Positions 39,153-48,355 of a stretch of 64,000 nt of DNA are shown here, piece by piece. Every line of letters starts with the position of its first letter. Positions within the stretch are counted from its first letter, which is position 1. The notes beneath the pieces were generated by a model. It was not told the DNA's origin and ran no database searches. It worked only from the letters and a program-made list of their open reading frames with translations. This DNA is from Patescibacteria group bacterium (GTDB lineage: Bacteria > Patescibacteriota > Microgenomatia > UBA12405). The position numbers were made by a program, and so were the translations under genes. The stretch is taken from assembly GCA_018902845.1 (NCBI GenBank), contig JAHIPV010000013.1, positions 18,766 through 82,765 on the forward strand, written 5' to 3'.

Positions 39153-39791
39153 ATGGGACAAAAAGTTAATCCTATCGGTTTTAGAATGGGAAAAATCGAC
39201 AATGCACCGCCTTGTCAGTCTTCCTGGTTTGCTTCTCTAAAAAATTATGCATCCTTTCTTTTAGAAGACAAAAAAATCAGAGATTATGTTCAAAAAAAAT
39301 GCTACACCGCCGGTTTGGTTTCTACCAAAATACAAAGATTTAACAAACGCATAAAAATTACACTTGTTGTTAGTCGTCCCGGCATAGTCATTGGTCGCGG
39401 AGGTAGTGAACTGGAGCAAACCAAAAAAGAATTAATACAAATCACCAAGCTTCCGTCTGACAAGAATTTGGATATACAGGTAGAGGAATTTAAAATTCCA
39501 GAATTATCATCGAAGTTAGTAGCAGAAAAAATTGCTTATCAGTTAACAAAAAGAATGCCTTATCGACGCATAGTTTTATCTGCAATCGAAAGGGCCATGA
39601 GTTCAGGAGCACAGGGAGTTAAAATCGTTCTTTCGGGCAGAATAAACGGTGCCGAAATTAGCCGTCGGGAAAAGTTTTCTCAAGGTAAAGTTCCCTTAAG
39701 TACCCTAAGATCAAGAATTGATTATTATGAATGTCCCTCCCTTACTCGTTCCGGCTATATTGGAGTTAAGGTTTTTATTTGTCTGGGATAA
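39153..39791 (+). CDS. rpsC: 30S ribosomal protein S3
   Basis: MGQKVNPIGFR.., KH domain, ..GVKVFICLG C-terminus. Confidence 0.93.
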   Translation: MGQKVNPIGFRMGKIDNAPPCQSSWFASLKNYASFLLEDKKIRDYVQKKCYTAGLVSTKIQRFNKRIKITLVVSRPGIVIGRGGSELEQTKKELIQITKLPSDKNLDIQVEEFKIPELSSKLVAEKIAYQLTKRMPYRRIVLSAIERAMSSGAQGVKIVLSGRINGAEISRREKFSQGKVPLSTLRSRIDYYECPSLTRSGYIGVKVFICLG

Positions 39792-39801
39792 AAAATTTAA
39801 T

Positions 39802-40206
39802 ATGTTACAACCAAAAAAAAGTAAATTTAGGAAACAGTTTAGAGGTAAAATGCGTGGTAATTCCAAGGGTGCTATAATGAATTTCGGTGAATATGGGCTA
39901 AAAGCCATTGGTAGATCTTGGCTTACTCCAAACCAAATAGAAGCAGCCCGTAAAGCAATAACCAACTACACCAAAAGAAAAGCCAAAGTTTGGATAAGAA
40001 TTTTTCCAGACAAACCTATTACACAAAAAGGAGCAGGTGCTCCGCTTGGGGCAGGGAAAGGAGATGTTTGTGGTTACGTTTGTGTCGTCAAACCCGGCAG
40101 AATAATTTTTGAAATTTCCGGTGTGTCGGAAGAAATTTCCCTAGAAGCCTTAAAAAGAGCTTCTTCTAAGTTACCAGTAGTTACCAAAATTGTGAGAAAA
40201 AAATAA
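39802..40206 (+). CDS. rplP: 50S ribosomal protein L16
   Basis: MLQPKKSKFRKQFRGKMRG.. canonical L16 N-terminus; start at ATG 39802. Confidence 0.93.
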   Translation: MLQPKKSKFRKQFRGKMRGNSKGAIMNFGEYGLKAIGRSWLTPNQIEAARKAITNYTKRKAKVWIRIFPDKPITQKGAGAPLGAGKGDVCGYVCVVKPGRIIFEISGVSEEISLEALKRASSKLPVVTKIVRKK

Positions 40207-40208
40207 AA

Positions 40209-40460
40209 ATGATCAAAAAAACGGATAAAATCGCTTACCGACAAAAAAGCATCGAACAACTAAAAGCCGAATTGCTGTTAATTAGAAAAAAATTAGCCCA
40301 AGACTGTTTCAAACTTTCCATGGGGCAAATAAAAGACACTTCGGTCATAAAAAAATCAAAATATATGATATCTTTCATTTCAACATTAATTAATGAAAGC
40401 AAGCCAAAGCGCAGTCCGCCTCTGGAGGAGGAATCTACAAAAAACAATGACAACAAATAA
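40209..40460 (+). CDS. rpmC: 50S ribosomal protein L29
   Basis: Position and L29-like helical sequence (SIEQLKAELLLIRKKLAQDCFKLSMGQ). Confidence 0.8.
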   Translation: MIKKTDKIAYRQKSIEQLKAELLLIRKKLAQDCFKLSMGQIKDTSVIKKSKYMISFISTLINESKPKRSPPLEEESTKNNDNK

Positions 40461-40722
40461 TAAACAAAGCAACCAGTCTCAAAACGGTAAAATTTTTACT
40501 GGAACAGTTGTTTCTGACAAAATGCAGGGTACTCTTGTGGTCACTTTTGATTACAAACGTAAACACCCAATTTACAAAAAAATCATTAAGAAAAAACATA
40601 AAATATATGTTGACAACAATTTAAATGCCAAAAAAGGGGATATTGTTAGAGTCAGGGAATCTCGTCCTTTAAGTAAAACCAAAAAATTTACTACCTTAAA
40701 AATCATTAAATCAGTTAAATAA
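40447..40722 (+). CDS. rpsQ: 30S ribosomal protein S17
   Basis: ..FTGTVVSDKMQGTLVVTFDYKRKHPIYKK.. S17 core. Start at ATG 40447, overlapping the rpmC end by 14 nt. Confidence 0.88.
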   Translation: MTTNNKQSNQSQNGKIFTGTVVSDKMQGTLVVTFDYKRKHPIYKKIIKKKHKIYVDNNLNAKKGDIVRVRESRPLSKTKKFTTLKIIKSVK

Positions 40723-40735
40723 TTAGGATAAATTT

Positions 40736-41104
40736 ATGTTGCAACTAAGAAGTATTATTAAAGCGGCAGATAATTGTGGAGCCAAAAAACTTCAGGTTAT
40801 CCATATCTATACCGGTCATCATCACAAAAGCGGTACAATAGGAGATATTGTCTTGGCAGTAGTAAAAGAAGCCATTCCTTCTGGTATTGTTAAGAAAAAA
40901 GAAAAAGTAAAACTGGTCATTGTCAGGACAAAAAAAGAAATAGGCAGAAAAGACGGTTCGTTTATTCGTTTTAGTGATAATGCTGGTGTTATAATAGACA
41001 ACCAAAATAATCCCAGAGGAACAAGAATTTTTGGACCAATCGCTCGCGAGATCAAAGATTTAGGTTTTAGTAAAATTGCTTCCATGGCCAAAGAGGTTTA
41101 TTAA
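40736..41104 (+). CDS. rplN: 50S ribosomal protein L14
   Basis: MLQLRSIIKAADNCGAKK.., RFSDNAGVIIDNQNNPRGTRIFGPIAREI. Confidence 0.95.
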   Translation: MLQLRSIIKAADNCGAKKLQVIHIYTGHHHKSGTIGDIVLAVVKEAIPSGIVKKKEKVKLVIVRTKKEIGRKDGSFIRFSDNAGVIIDNQNNPRGTRIFGPIAREIKDLGFSKIASMAKEVY

Positions 41105-41105
41105 T

Positions 41106-41432
41106 ATGAAAATAAAAAAAGGAGACAAAATACAAGTTTTAAGCGGTAAGGATAAGGGGCGTAAAGGTGAGGTAATTCGTTGTCTACCTAAGAAACTAAA
41201 AGTTTTAATAAAGGGTTTAAACATTTACAAAAAACACGTCAAGGCTCAATCTAATCAGCCGGGGGGAATCATAGAGATAGAAAAACCTCTTTATGTTTCC
41301 AAGGTTCAATTAATATGTCCCAATTGTCAGAAAAAAACAAAGGTTGGCTATCAGCTGGATAAAACAAATAAAAAATTCAGAGTTTGTAAAAAATGCAAAA
41401 ATATTATTGATAAGGAAATAAGTAAAAAATAA
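41106..41432 (+). CDS. rplX: 50S ribosomal protein L24, with C-terminal C4 zinc-ribbon-like motif
   Basis: MKIKKGDKIQVLSGKDKGRKGEV KOW region, then CPNC ... CKKC near the C-terminus. Confidence 0.88.
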   Translation: MKIKKGDKIQVLSGKDKGRKGEVIRCLPKKLKVLIKGLNIYKKHVKAQSNQPGGIIEIEKPLYVSKVQLICPNCQKKTKVGYQLDKTNKKFRVCKKCKNIIDKEISKK

Positions 41433-41438
41433 AACAAT

Positions 41439-41990
41439 ATGCTAAAACAACAATTTAAACAAAAAATTCAAAAAGAACTTTGGCAAAAGTTAAACAAAGG
41501 CAATATTAATGCCGTACCCATGCTTCAAAAAGTAGTCATTAATTGTCGAGTACAGGGAGCCAAAGAAAATAAAGAAATTCTTGAGCTGGCGGGAGTCGAA
41601 TTAATGGCCCTAACAGGGCAAAAACCAAAACTTTGTTGTGCCAAAAAATCAGAGGCCAGTTTCAAATTAAGAGAGGGCGACCCCTTAGCACTCAAAATTA
41701 CATTGCGAAGTGGCAAAATGTATGATTTTGTCGAAAAATTATTCAACCTGGTTTTACCAAGATTAAGGGATTTTCGTGGCTTATCGGCCAATTCATTTGA
41801 CAATGGGGCCAATTACAATCTTGTTATAAAAGATCAAACATATTTTCCTGAAATTAACCTTGACAAAGTTAAGCAAATTAGATCGGTTCAGGTGACCCTC
41901 GTTACCAGCACCTCTTCAAAAGAGGAGGCAAAAATGTTATTATCCGCCCTAGGCTTACCATTTAAAAAAGAAGACAAAGAAAGTAATTAA
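41439..41990 (+). CDS. rplE: 50S ribosomal protein L5
   Basis: ..RLRDFRGLSANSFDNGANYNLVIKDQTYFPEI.. L5 signature. Confidence 0.93.
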   Translation: MLKQQFKQKIQKELWQKLNKGNINAVPMLQKVVINCRVQGAKENKEILELAGVELMALTGQKPKLCCAKKSEASFKLREGDPLALKITLRSGKMYDFVEKLFNLVLPRLRDFRGLSANSFDNGANYNLVIKDQTYFPEINLDKVKQIRSVQVTLVTSTSSKEEAKMLLSALGLPFKKEDKESN

Positions 41991-41998
41991 TTTTATTT

Positions 41999-42029
41999 GG
42001 AAATTTAGATTTTAAATTTGTGATTTATC
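41999..42029. repeat. Dispersed repeat family B copy 2, ends 3 nt before rpsN ATG
   Basis: ggaaatttagattttaaatttgtgatttatc. Confidence 0.7.
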
Positions 42030-42032
42030 AAT

Positions 42033-42218
42033 ATGGCCAATAAAGCAAAAATAGCAAGAGAAAATAAAAAACTAAGGTTTAAAACCCGTTACCATAACAG
42101 ATGTTCCTTGTGTGGCAGACCTCGTGGTTTTATCAGATTTTTTGGTCTTTGTAGACTATGTTTTCGTGAATTAGTTCACAAGAGCTTATTACCTGGAGTC
42201 AAAAAATCCAGCTGGTAA
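42033..42218 (+). CDS. rpsN: 30S ribosomal protein S14 type Z (zinc-binding)
   Basis: 61 aa, CSLCGR...CRLCFRE C4 motif. Confidence 0.93.
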   Translation: MANKAKIARENKKLRFKTRYHNRCSLCGRPRGFIRFFGLCRLCFRELVHKSLLPGVKKSSW

Positions 42219-42226
42219 CAAAATCC

Positions 42227-42262
42227 GTCATCCTGAGCTTGCCGAAGGATCCCGTCGGAATT
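42227..42262. repeat. Dispersed repeat family A copy (cgtcatcctgagcttgccgaaggatcccgtcggaatt), followed by an (AAAAATT)n tract at 42262-42300
   Basis: Nearly identical to the copy embedded in the 3' end of rplM (50457-50484). Confidence 0.7.
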
Positions 42263-42305
42263 ATAAAAAAATTAAAAAATTAAAAAATTAAAAATTAAAT
42301 AAAAT

Positions 42306-42695
42306 ATGCACAGTAGTCCAATATTAGATTTTTTGGTTAGAATAAAAAATGCCTATGCAGTAGGCAAAAAAACTATTAAATCTCCTTCGTCTAAAACCAG
42401 AGAATCGATTGCAAAGTTGATGGTCAAACACTCTTATCTGGATAATTTTAGTGTCGAAGGTAAAACCAAAAAAATCATTACTCTAAAACTTTCTTATAAC
42501 GACAAAGAACCAAGTTTTACTAATTTAAAAATTTTTTCTAAACCTGGTCGAAGAATTTATTCGCCGGTCAGTTCCCTGCCTTGGGGAAAAACTAAAAATT
42601 CATTAATTATAGTTTCTACTTCAACAGGGATTATCTCTCACAAGGAAGCAAAGAAACAAAACGTCGGTGGTGAAATTATCGCCGAAATCTGGTAA
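42306..42695 (+). CDS. rpsH: 30S ribosomal protein S8
   Basis: Position and S8-like sequence (..LDFLVRIKNAYAVGKK.., GGEIIAEIW end). Confidence 0.9.
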   Translation: MHSSPILDFLVRIKNAYAVGKKTIKSPSSKTRESIAKLMVKHSYLDNFSVEGKTKKIITLKLSYNDKEPSFTNLKIFSKPGRRIYSPVSSLPWGKTKNSLIIVSTSTGIISHKEAKKQNVGGEIIAEIW

Positions 42696-42700
42696 AAAAT

Positions 42701-43240
42701 ATGTCAAAAATTGGAAAACAGCCAATACTAATACCAAAAGAAGTCACCGTTTCTATTGGTAAAACTTCGGTTACAGTTAAAGGCCCCAAAGGGGAGCTTT
42801 TTTTGGATATTCCTCATAAAATAAAAATAAAATTAGTTGATGACCAAATAATTGTTGAACGTTTGTCCGAAGAGAAAAAAGTAAAATCGCTTCACGGCAC
42901 CATCCGCTCTTTGATAAAAAATATGGTCAAGGGAGTCACTGAACTTTGGAAAAAAGAATTAGAAATTCGTGGCACTGGTTACAGAGCTACGGTTTCCGGT
43001 TCGAAGCTTATCGTAAATGCCGGTTTCATCAATCCCGTAGAAGTTGATATACCCACAGGTATCAATATTGATGTCCAGAAAGAAACAGAAATCACAATTT
43101 CTGGTTATGATAAAATACTGGTCGGACAAATTGCCAGCAATATTAGAAAAATAAGAAAACCAGAACCATACAAAGGCAAAGGTATTCGATACAAGGATGA
43201 ATATATCAAACTTAAACCAGGCAAAACCGCCAAAGCATAA
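42701..43240 (+). CDS. rplF: 50S ribosomal protein L6
   Basis: MSKIGKQPI.IPK.V.V... two-domain L6 pattern. Confidence 0.92.
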   Translation: MSKIGKQPILIPKEVTVSIGKTSVTVKGPKGELFLDIPHKIKIKLVDDQIIVERLSEEKKVKSLHGTIRSLIKNMVKGVTELWKKELEIRGTGYRATVSGSKLIVNAGFINPVEVDIPTGINIDVQKETEITISGYDKILVGQIASNIRKIRKPEPYKGKGIRYKDEYIKLKPGKTAKA

Positions 43241-43243
43241 AAA

Positions 43244-43591
43244 ATGATTAAAAAAAACCCAAAATATCAAAGGCAAAAAAGAGTCAGAAATAAACTTCTC
43301 TCTGTTGGCAAGGGGCTATTCCGACTTTCTGTTTTTAGATCAAACAAACATATATTGGCCCAAATAATTGACGATAAACACGGTAAAACTCTTGTTTTTT
43401 TCAGTTCACAAAAACTTAAAAACAGCAAAATTAACAAAATTGAACAGGCTAAATTGGTTGGAGAAAAAATTGCTCTACTTGCACTCAAAAAAAATATCAA
43501 AAAAATCAAATTTGACCGTGGTTGTTACAAATATCACGGTCGTGTTAAAGCATTGGCAGATGCCACCAGGCAGGGTGGTTTAATTTTTTAA
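43244..43591 (+). CDS. rplR: 50S ribosomal protein L18
   Basis: ..[18 protein letters not shown].., C-terminal ..[15 protein letters not shown]. Confidence 0.9.
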   Translation: MIKKNPKYQRQKRVRNKLLSVGKGLFRLSVFRSNKHILAQIIDDKHGKTLVFFSSQKLKNSKINKIEQAKLVGEKIALLALKKNIKKIKFDRGCYKYHGRVKALADATRQGGLIF

Positions 43592-43592
43592 T

Positions 43593-44048
43593 ATGAATAA
43601 TCGGTATCAAAACAAAAAAGACTCAGAATTTCAAGAAAAAGTAGTCCAAATTAAAAGAGTCTCAAAAAAAACCAAAGGGGGAAACCAAATTTCCTTTACG
43701 GCTCTGGTAGTTTCTGGCGATAAAAAATCCAGAGTAGGAGTTGCTCTTGGCAAAGCAAAAAATGTGGCCGACGCAATCAAAAAAGGAGTTCAAAAAGCCC
43801 AAAAAAACCTAATCAACGTAGAAATTGTCGATGGAACCATTCCTCATCAGATCAAATTTAAATTTAAATCCGCAGTGGTTTTGATCAAGCCGGGTAGAAA
43901 AGGAGGCGGTCTTATTGCTGGCGGTCCTGTCAGAGCCGTACTTGAATTAGCCGGCATCAAGGATGTTGCTTCAAAAATAATCCGTTCCAAAAACAAATCT
44001 GTTAACGTTTGGGCCGTTTTCAAAGCCTTATCCAAATTAAAATCATGA
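43593..44048 (+). CDS. rpsE: 30S ribosomal protein S5
   Basis: ..VVQIKRVSKKTKGGNQISFTALVVSGD.., ..GGGLIAGGPVRAVLELAGIKDV. Confidence 0.93.
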   Translation: MNNRYQNKKDSEFQEKVVQIKRVSKKTKGGNQISFTALVVSGDKKSRVGVALGKAKNVADAIKKGVQKAQKNLINVEIVDGTIPHQIKFKFKSAVVLIKPGRKGGGLIAGGPVRAVLELAGIKDVASKIIRSKNKSVNVWAVFKALSKLKS

Positions 44049-44506
44049 AAAGTATATTAAGCAAATTATCAAAAACCACTACCAAATCAAAAAAAAGAAT
44101 TGGCCGCGGTTATGGTTCAAAAAAAGGGGGCCACACTACTATCCGTGGTGCCAAAGGTCGCAAAGCCAGGGGAAAGGTCAAGTTAACTTTTGATGGTACC
44201 AAAATCAAAAAAGGCTGGATAAAAAGATTACCATTTTTAAGAGGCAAAGGTAGATTAAAGGGCTTACAGAAAAGGACAACCATTTTTAGTCTAGAGCAAT
44301 TACACAAATGGTTTAAAGACGGAGACTTAATTGATATCAAAGCCCTAAGTCAGGCTTCAAAAATCCCGGAATCAATATTAAGAAAAACCGGCGTTAAGAT
44401 TCTTTCTTCAAAAGAAAAAATCACCAAATCTTTTGTCTTTAAGGAGATTTCTTTTTCCAAAACAGCCAAAGATCAATTGGTAAAAACTGGTGCTAAGATA
44501 AATTAA
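44045..44506 (+). CDS. rplO: 50S ribosomal protein L15
   Basis: ..[23 protein letters not shown].. Start ATG 44045 overlaps the rpsE stop (ATGA). No rpmD (L30) gene between rpsE and rplO. Confidence 0.9.
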   Translation: MKSILSKLSKTTTKSKKRIGRGYGSKKGGHTTIRGAKGRKARGKVKLTFDGTKIKKGWIKRLPFLRGKGRLKGLQKRTTIFSLEQLHKWFKDGDLIDIKALSQASKIPESILRKTGVKILSSKEKITKSFVFKEISFSKTAKDQLVKTGAKIN

Positions 44507-45786
44507 TGAAAAAAAAGAATAAACTTCTATCTCTTTATTTACAAAGTTTTCAGGTTCCTAACTTACGAAACAGGTTGCTAATTACCATCGTCCTCCTTAT
44601 ACTTTTCCGATTTATAGCCCACATTCCGGTTCCGGGTATAAATCTGGAACTTTTAAAAAGTTTTTTCTCATCTAACCAACTGCTTTCTCTGTTAGATATT
44701 TTTTCCGGCGGTACCCTGGCAAATTTTTCTATTGTTGCTCTTGGTTTAGGACCTTACATAAACGCTTCGGTCATGTTCCAGCTCTTTGCCCTAGTTATTC
44801 CAAAAATAGAAGAGTTAAGCAAAGAAGGGGAATATGGACGGGCCAAAATTAACCAATACACCCGCATTATCACTATTCCTTTGGCCATAGTTCAGGCTAT
44901 TGGTATGTATGGTATCTTGCGTTCGCAAAACATAATAGGCACCTTGTCCCCTCTCCTTTTAGTTGCTCTCATTGCCAGCATGCTTTGCGGTACCATGATT
45001 ATGATTTTTTTGGGTGAATTGATTGATACCTACGGTGTCGGCAATGGCACTTCTATGATTATTTTTGCCGGTATTATCGCTCGTTTGCCGATTAATTTCT
45101 TTCAAACGGCCAATATTACGGATTTTTCTAACCCCCAAAATATTTTAAATTTATCAATTTTTCTCTTATTGATCACGGTTTTAGTGGGAGGGGTGGTTTT
45201 TGTAGAGGAAGCTGTTTTACGCATTCCGGTTCATTATGCCAGAAGAGCCCAATCTACTTTTCTGCCCATAAAAATAAATAGTACCGGAGTCATGCCCATA
45301 ATTTTTGCCATGTCCCTAGCCTCAGCTCCTTCCTTAATCGGTCAATTTTTAAGCAAAGCTCCTCAGCCACAGCTTGCTTCTTTTGCCTCCAGTTTTTCCT
45401 CATTTTTTAATCCAAATAGCATTCCTTATTCTCTACTTTATTTTATATTTGTCATGTTTTTTACTTTTTTTTATTCATCAGTCGTTTTTAAGCCAAAAGA
45501 TATTGCCGAGGATCTCAGAAAATCTGGGGCTTTCATTCCGGGTATCCGTCCCGGTTCAGCCACTGAAAAAAGATTAACTTACCTTGTCAACCGCATAATG
45601 GTTGTAGGGGCTCTTTTTTTGGGATTGGTGGCTATTTTTCCGTCAATTCTCCAAAACATAACAAATATCAACACTCTAAATATAGGTGGAACCAGTATTT
45701 TAATTGTAGTTTCGGTTTTAATTGAGTTAACCAAAAAAATGGAAAACGCCGTCCAAACCTACAATTACGACAAATTTGTATTCTAA
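44506..45786 (+). CDS. secY: Preprotein translocase subunit SecY
   Basis: 426 aa, 10 TM segments, conserved SecY blocks. Confidence 0.93.
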   Translation: MKKKNKLLSLYLQSFQVPNLRNRLLITIVLLILFRFIAHIPVPGINLELLKSFFSSNQLLSLLDIFSGGTLANFSIVALGLGPYINASVMFQLFALVIPKIEELSKEGEYGRAKINQYTRIITIPLAIVQAIGMYGILRSQNIIGTLSPLLLVALIASMLCGTMIMIFLGELIDTYGVGNGTSMIIFAGIIARLPINFFQTANITDFSNPQNILNLSIFLLLITVLVGGVVFVEEAVLRIPVHYARRAQSTFLPIKINSTGVMPIIFAMSLASAPSLIGQFLSKAPQPQLASFASSFSSFFNPNSIPYSLLYFIFVMFFTFFYSSVVFKPKDIAEDLRKSGAFIPGIRPGSATEKRLTYLVNRIMVVGALFLGLVAIFPSILQNITNINTLNIGGTSILIVVSVLIELTKKMENAVQTYNYDKFVF

Positions 45787-45787
45787 T

Positions 45788-46384
45788 ATGCCACTAAATC
45801 TATTCATAATCGGTCCATCAGGCTGTGGAAAATCCACCCAGGCCCAAAAAATCGCCCAAAAATACAAACTAACCCATTTATCAATGGGTCAACTGTTGCG
45901 CGACGAAATAGCCAGCAACACAAAACTTGGTTTAGAAGCAAAAAAAACAGTTGATAATGGCGTTTGGACCCCGGCAGAAATTCTTTATCCAGTTTTAATT
46001 AATGCTTTAAACAAAATTAATAATCAAAACTTTATTTTAGACGGTTTTCCGCGAATAGTTGATCAAGCTGTTTTTGTCGATGCCCACCTAGACTCTCTTG
46101 GAAAATCATCGGATCTTTTGATCCATCTTAATGTTTCAATTGAAGAAATAATCAAAAGACGAAAATATTATGGTAAAAAATTCCAAAAGGCCGATAGAAA
46201 TGATAATACCGCAGAAGCTGTTATCCAAAGGCAAAAATCATATAACCAAACTATAAATCCAATACTTGAATATTTTCAACAGCAAAACAAGCTTTTTGAT
46301 ATCAACGGCAATCGCCCGGTAGATCCTATTTTTGCCGATATTTGCCAAAAAATCGATTTACTAATTAAAAAAAGTATTAAATAA
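45788..46384 (+). CDS. adk: Adenylate kinase (short LID, no zinc cysteines)
   Basis: IIGPSGCGKSTQAQKIA P-loop, ..GFPRIVDQA... ATG 45788 chosen; a TTG at 45776 is possible. Confidence 0.9.
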   Translation: MPLNLFIIGPSGCGKSTQAQKIAQKYKLTHLSMGQLLRDEIASNTKLGLEAKKTVDNGVWTPAEILYPVLINALNKINNQNFILDGFPRIVDQAVFVDAHLDSLGKSSDLLIHLNVSIEEIIKRRKYYGKKFQKADRNDNTAEAVIQRQKSYNQTINPILEYFQQQNKLFDINGNRPVDPIFADICQKIDLLIKKSIK

Positions 46385-46391
46385 CTATCTC

Positions 46392-46461
46392 GTCATTCTG
46401 AACAAAGTGAAGAATCCCAACGGGATCCTTCGTCCAATTGATCGGACTCAGGATGACGACA
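46392..46461. repeat. Dispersed repeat family A copy with inverted terminal half (gtcattctgaacaaagtgaagaatcccaacgggatccttcgtcc ... ggactcaggatgacgac)
   Basis: 5' half nearly identical to copy at 359-383. 3' end carries the reverse complement of the GTCATCCTGAG core. Confidence 0.7.
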
Positions 46462-46502
46462 TAAAAATAATCAAAAACAACTTATTAATAATTTATAAAA
46501 AT

Positions 46503-46715
46503 ATGACCAAAACAAAAGAACCACCTGTTACCGGAGTAGTTACAGAATGTTTACCCAGTACTCTTTTTAGGGTAAAATTAGAAGACGGCAAAGAGATTAT
46601 AGGTCATCTTGCCGGTAAATTACGAGTTCATCGTATTAGAATTATGGCCGGAGACAAGGTTTCTTTAATCATCAGTTCGGACGGTGATAAGGGTAGAATA
46701 GTCTACAGAAACTAG
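46503..46715 (+). CDS. infA: Translation initiation factor IF-1
   Basis: MTKTKEPPVTGVVTECLPSTLFRVKLEDGKEIIGHLAGKLR.. S1-like OB fold. Start at ATG 46503. Confidence 0.92.
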   Translation: MTKTKEPPVTGVVTECLPSTLFRVKLEDGKEIIGHLAGKLRVHRIRIMAGDKVSLIISSDGDKGRIVYRN

Positions 46716-46769
46716 TCCAAATTTTAATCTTTGATATTATCGCTTTTTTAGGGTACAATACTCAAGTCT

Positions 46770-46883
46770 ATGAAAGCTTCTTCAAGCGTTAAACGCAGAT
46801 GTCCTAAGTGTAAAATCGTAAAAAGGCGAGGGGTGGTGCATGTTATTTGTGAAACCAAAAGACATAAACAAAAACAAGGATAG
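46770..46883 (+). CDS. rpmJ: 50S ribosomal protein L36
   Basis: [37 protein letters not shown] (37 aa, C-x2-C...C..H zinc ribbon). Not in the ORF track because it is shorter than 60 aa. Confidence 0.85.
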   Translation: MKASSSVKRRCPKCKIVKRRGVVHVICETKRHKQKQG

Positions 46884-46888
46884 GTAAA

Positions 46889-47293
46889 ATGAGAATTTCC
46901 GGAATAAACATACCAGATCACGAGAGAGTAGAAATAGCCTTCACCAGGTTTTTCGGCATTGGTAAAACATTGGTCAAGCAATTATTGCAAAAAAGCAAAA
47001 TTGACCCCGACAAAAGAACAAAAGATCTTTCCCGGGAAGAAGTTAGCAATCTAATCAAAGCTCTTGAATCCTTTAAAACAGAAGGGGATTTAAGAAGGGA
47101 GATAAGAGAAGATATCAAAAGATTAAAGGCTATTAAATCTTACAGAGGTATCAGGCATATTGTCGATCTTCCTGTCCGTGGACAGCGTACAAAAACTAAT
47201 GCCAGAACCAGAAAAGGCAAGAGAAAAACTGTCGGTTCACTTAGCAAGGAAGCCTGGGCAAAGCTTGATTCAACTCAATCAAGAAAACCTTAA
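46889..47293 (+). CDS. rpsM: 30S ribosomal protein S13
   Basis: MRISGINIPDHERVEIAFTRFFGIGK.., ..YRGIRHIVDLPVRGQRTKTNARTRKG. Confidence 0.95.
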   Translation: MRISGINIPDHERVEIAFTRFFGIGKTLVKQLLQKSKIDPDKRTKDLSREEVSNLIKALESFKTEGDLRREIREDIKRLKAIKSYRGIRHIVDLPVRGQRTKTNARTRKGKRKTVGSLSKEAWAKLDSTQSRKP

Positions 47294-47309
47294 ATAATTT
47301 TTCTAAAAA

Positions 47310-47705
47310 ATGATAACCAAAAAAACTAAAAATAAAAAAAGGAAGGAATATAAAAATATTGCTCATGCCAAGCTTTATATTAAATCTTCTTTTAACAACA
47401 CCATAGTAAACATTACGGATGAAAAGGGTAACACTATTTGTTGGGCTAGTTCTGGCAGTGTTGGTTTTAGCGGGGCCCGCAAATCAACTCCATACGCTGC
47501 CACCAGGGCAATTGAATCGGTATTGTCGGAAGGACAAAAATATGGAATAAAAAAATTATCGGTTTATATTAGGGGTCCAGGTGTTGGGCGAGATGCCGCC
47601 TTGCGTCTTCTTCGAGGCAAAAGGGATCTTGACATTGACAAAATCTCAGATCTTACACCAATCCCTCACAATGGCCCCAAACCTTCTAAAAGGAGAAGAA
47701 CCTAA
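47310..47705 (+). CDS. rpsK: 30S ribosomal protein S11
   Basis: ..IAHAKLYIKSSFNNTIVNITDEKGNTICWASSG.., ..IRGPGVGRDAALRLL. Confidence 0.95.
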   Translation: MITKKTKNKKRKEYKNIAHAKLYIKSSFNNTIVNITDEKGNTICWASSGSVGFSGARKSTPYAATRAIESVLSEGQKYGIKKLSVYIRGPGVGRDAALRLLRGKRDLDIDKISDLTPIPHNGPKPSKRRRT

Positions 47706-47711
47706 CAAAAA

Positions 47712-48344
47712 ATGGCAAGAGATACATTACATATAAAATGCAAGCTATGTCGCAGGGAAGGCACTAAATTGCACCTCAAGGGTACTCGCTGTTTGTCAGC
47801 CAAGTGCCCCATTGAAAAAAAAGGTGCCGTTCCTCCGGGCATGCATGGCCTAAAAAGATCTCGTCGCCCCAGCGCTTATGGTATTCAATTACGTGCCAAA
47901 CAAAAATTAAAAAGAATTTACGGGATTCTGGAAACCCAGCTAAAAAATTATTACAAAAAAGCCAAGCGTCTAAAAGGTATTTTAGGTGATAATCTGCTTG
48001 TTCTTCTGGAAACAAGATTGGACAATATCGTCTATGTTTCCGGTTTGGCACATTCCAGATCTCACTCAAGGCAAATTATTAGCCATCGGCATGTTTTAGT
48101 TAATGGTAAGATACTAAACATCTCTTCTTATTCGGTCAAAATTGGAGACAAAATTTCCATTGACAAAAAAACCGCCAAAAAGAAAGATATAAAACCAAGG
48201 GCTGTTGAGAAAGATTTTAAATGCCCCGACTGGCTTTCGCTTGATAAAACAAAACTTGAGGTTAAATTTATTTCTAAACCAACTAGAGATCAAATTTCCC
48301 AAGATATAGATGAAAATTTAATTATTGAATATTATTCAAGATAA
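47712..48344 (+). CDS. rpsD: 30S ribosomal protein S4 (zinc-finger type N-terminus)
   Basis: CKLCRREGTKLHLKGTRCLSAKC, S4 RNA-binding domain. Confidence 0.93.
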   Translation: MARDTLHIKCKLCRREGTKLHLKGTRCLSAKCPIEKKGAVPPGMHGLKRSRRPSAYGIQLRAKQKLKRIYGILETQLKNYYKKAKRLKGILGDNLLVLLETRLDNIVYVSGLAHSRSHSRQIISHRHVLVNGKILNISSYSVKIGDKISIDKKTAKKKDIKPRAVEKDFKCPDWLSLDKTKLEVKFISKPTRDQISQDIDENLIIEYYSR

Positions 48345-48355
48345 AGGAGAAACAA

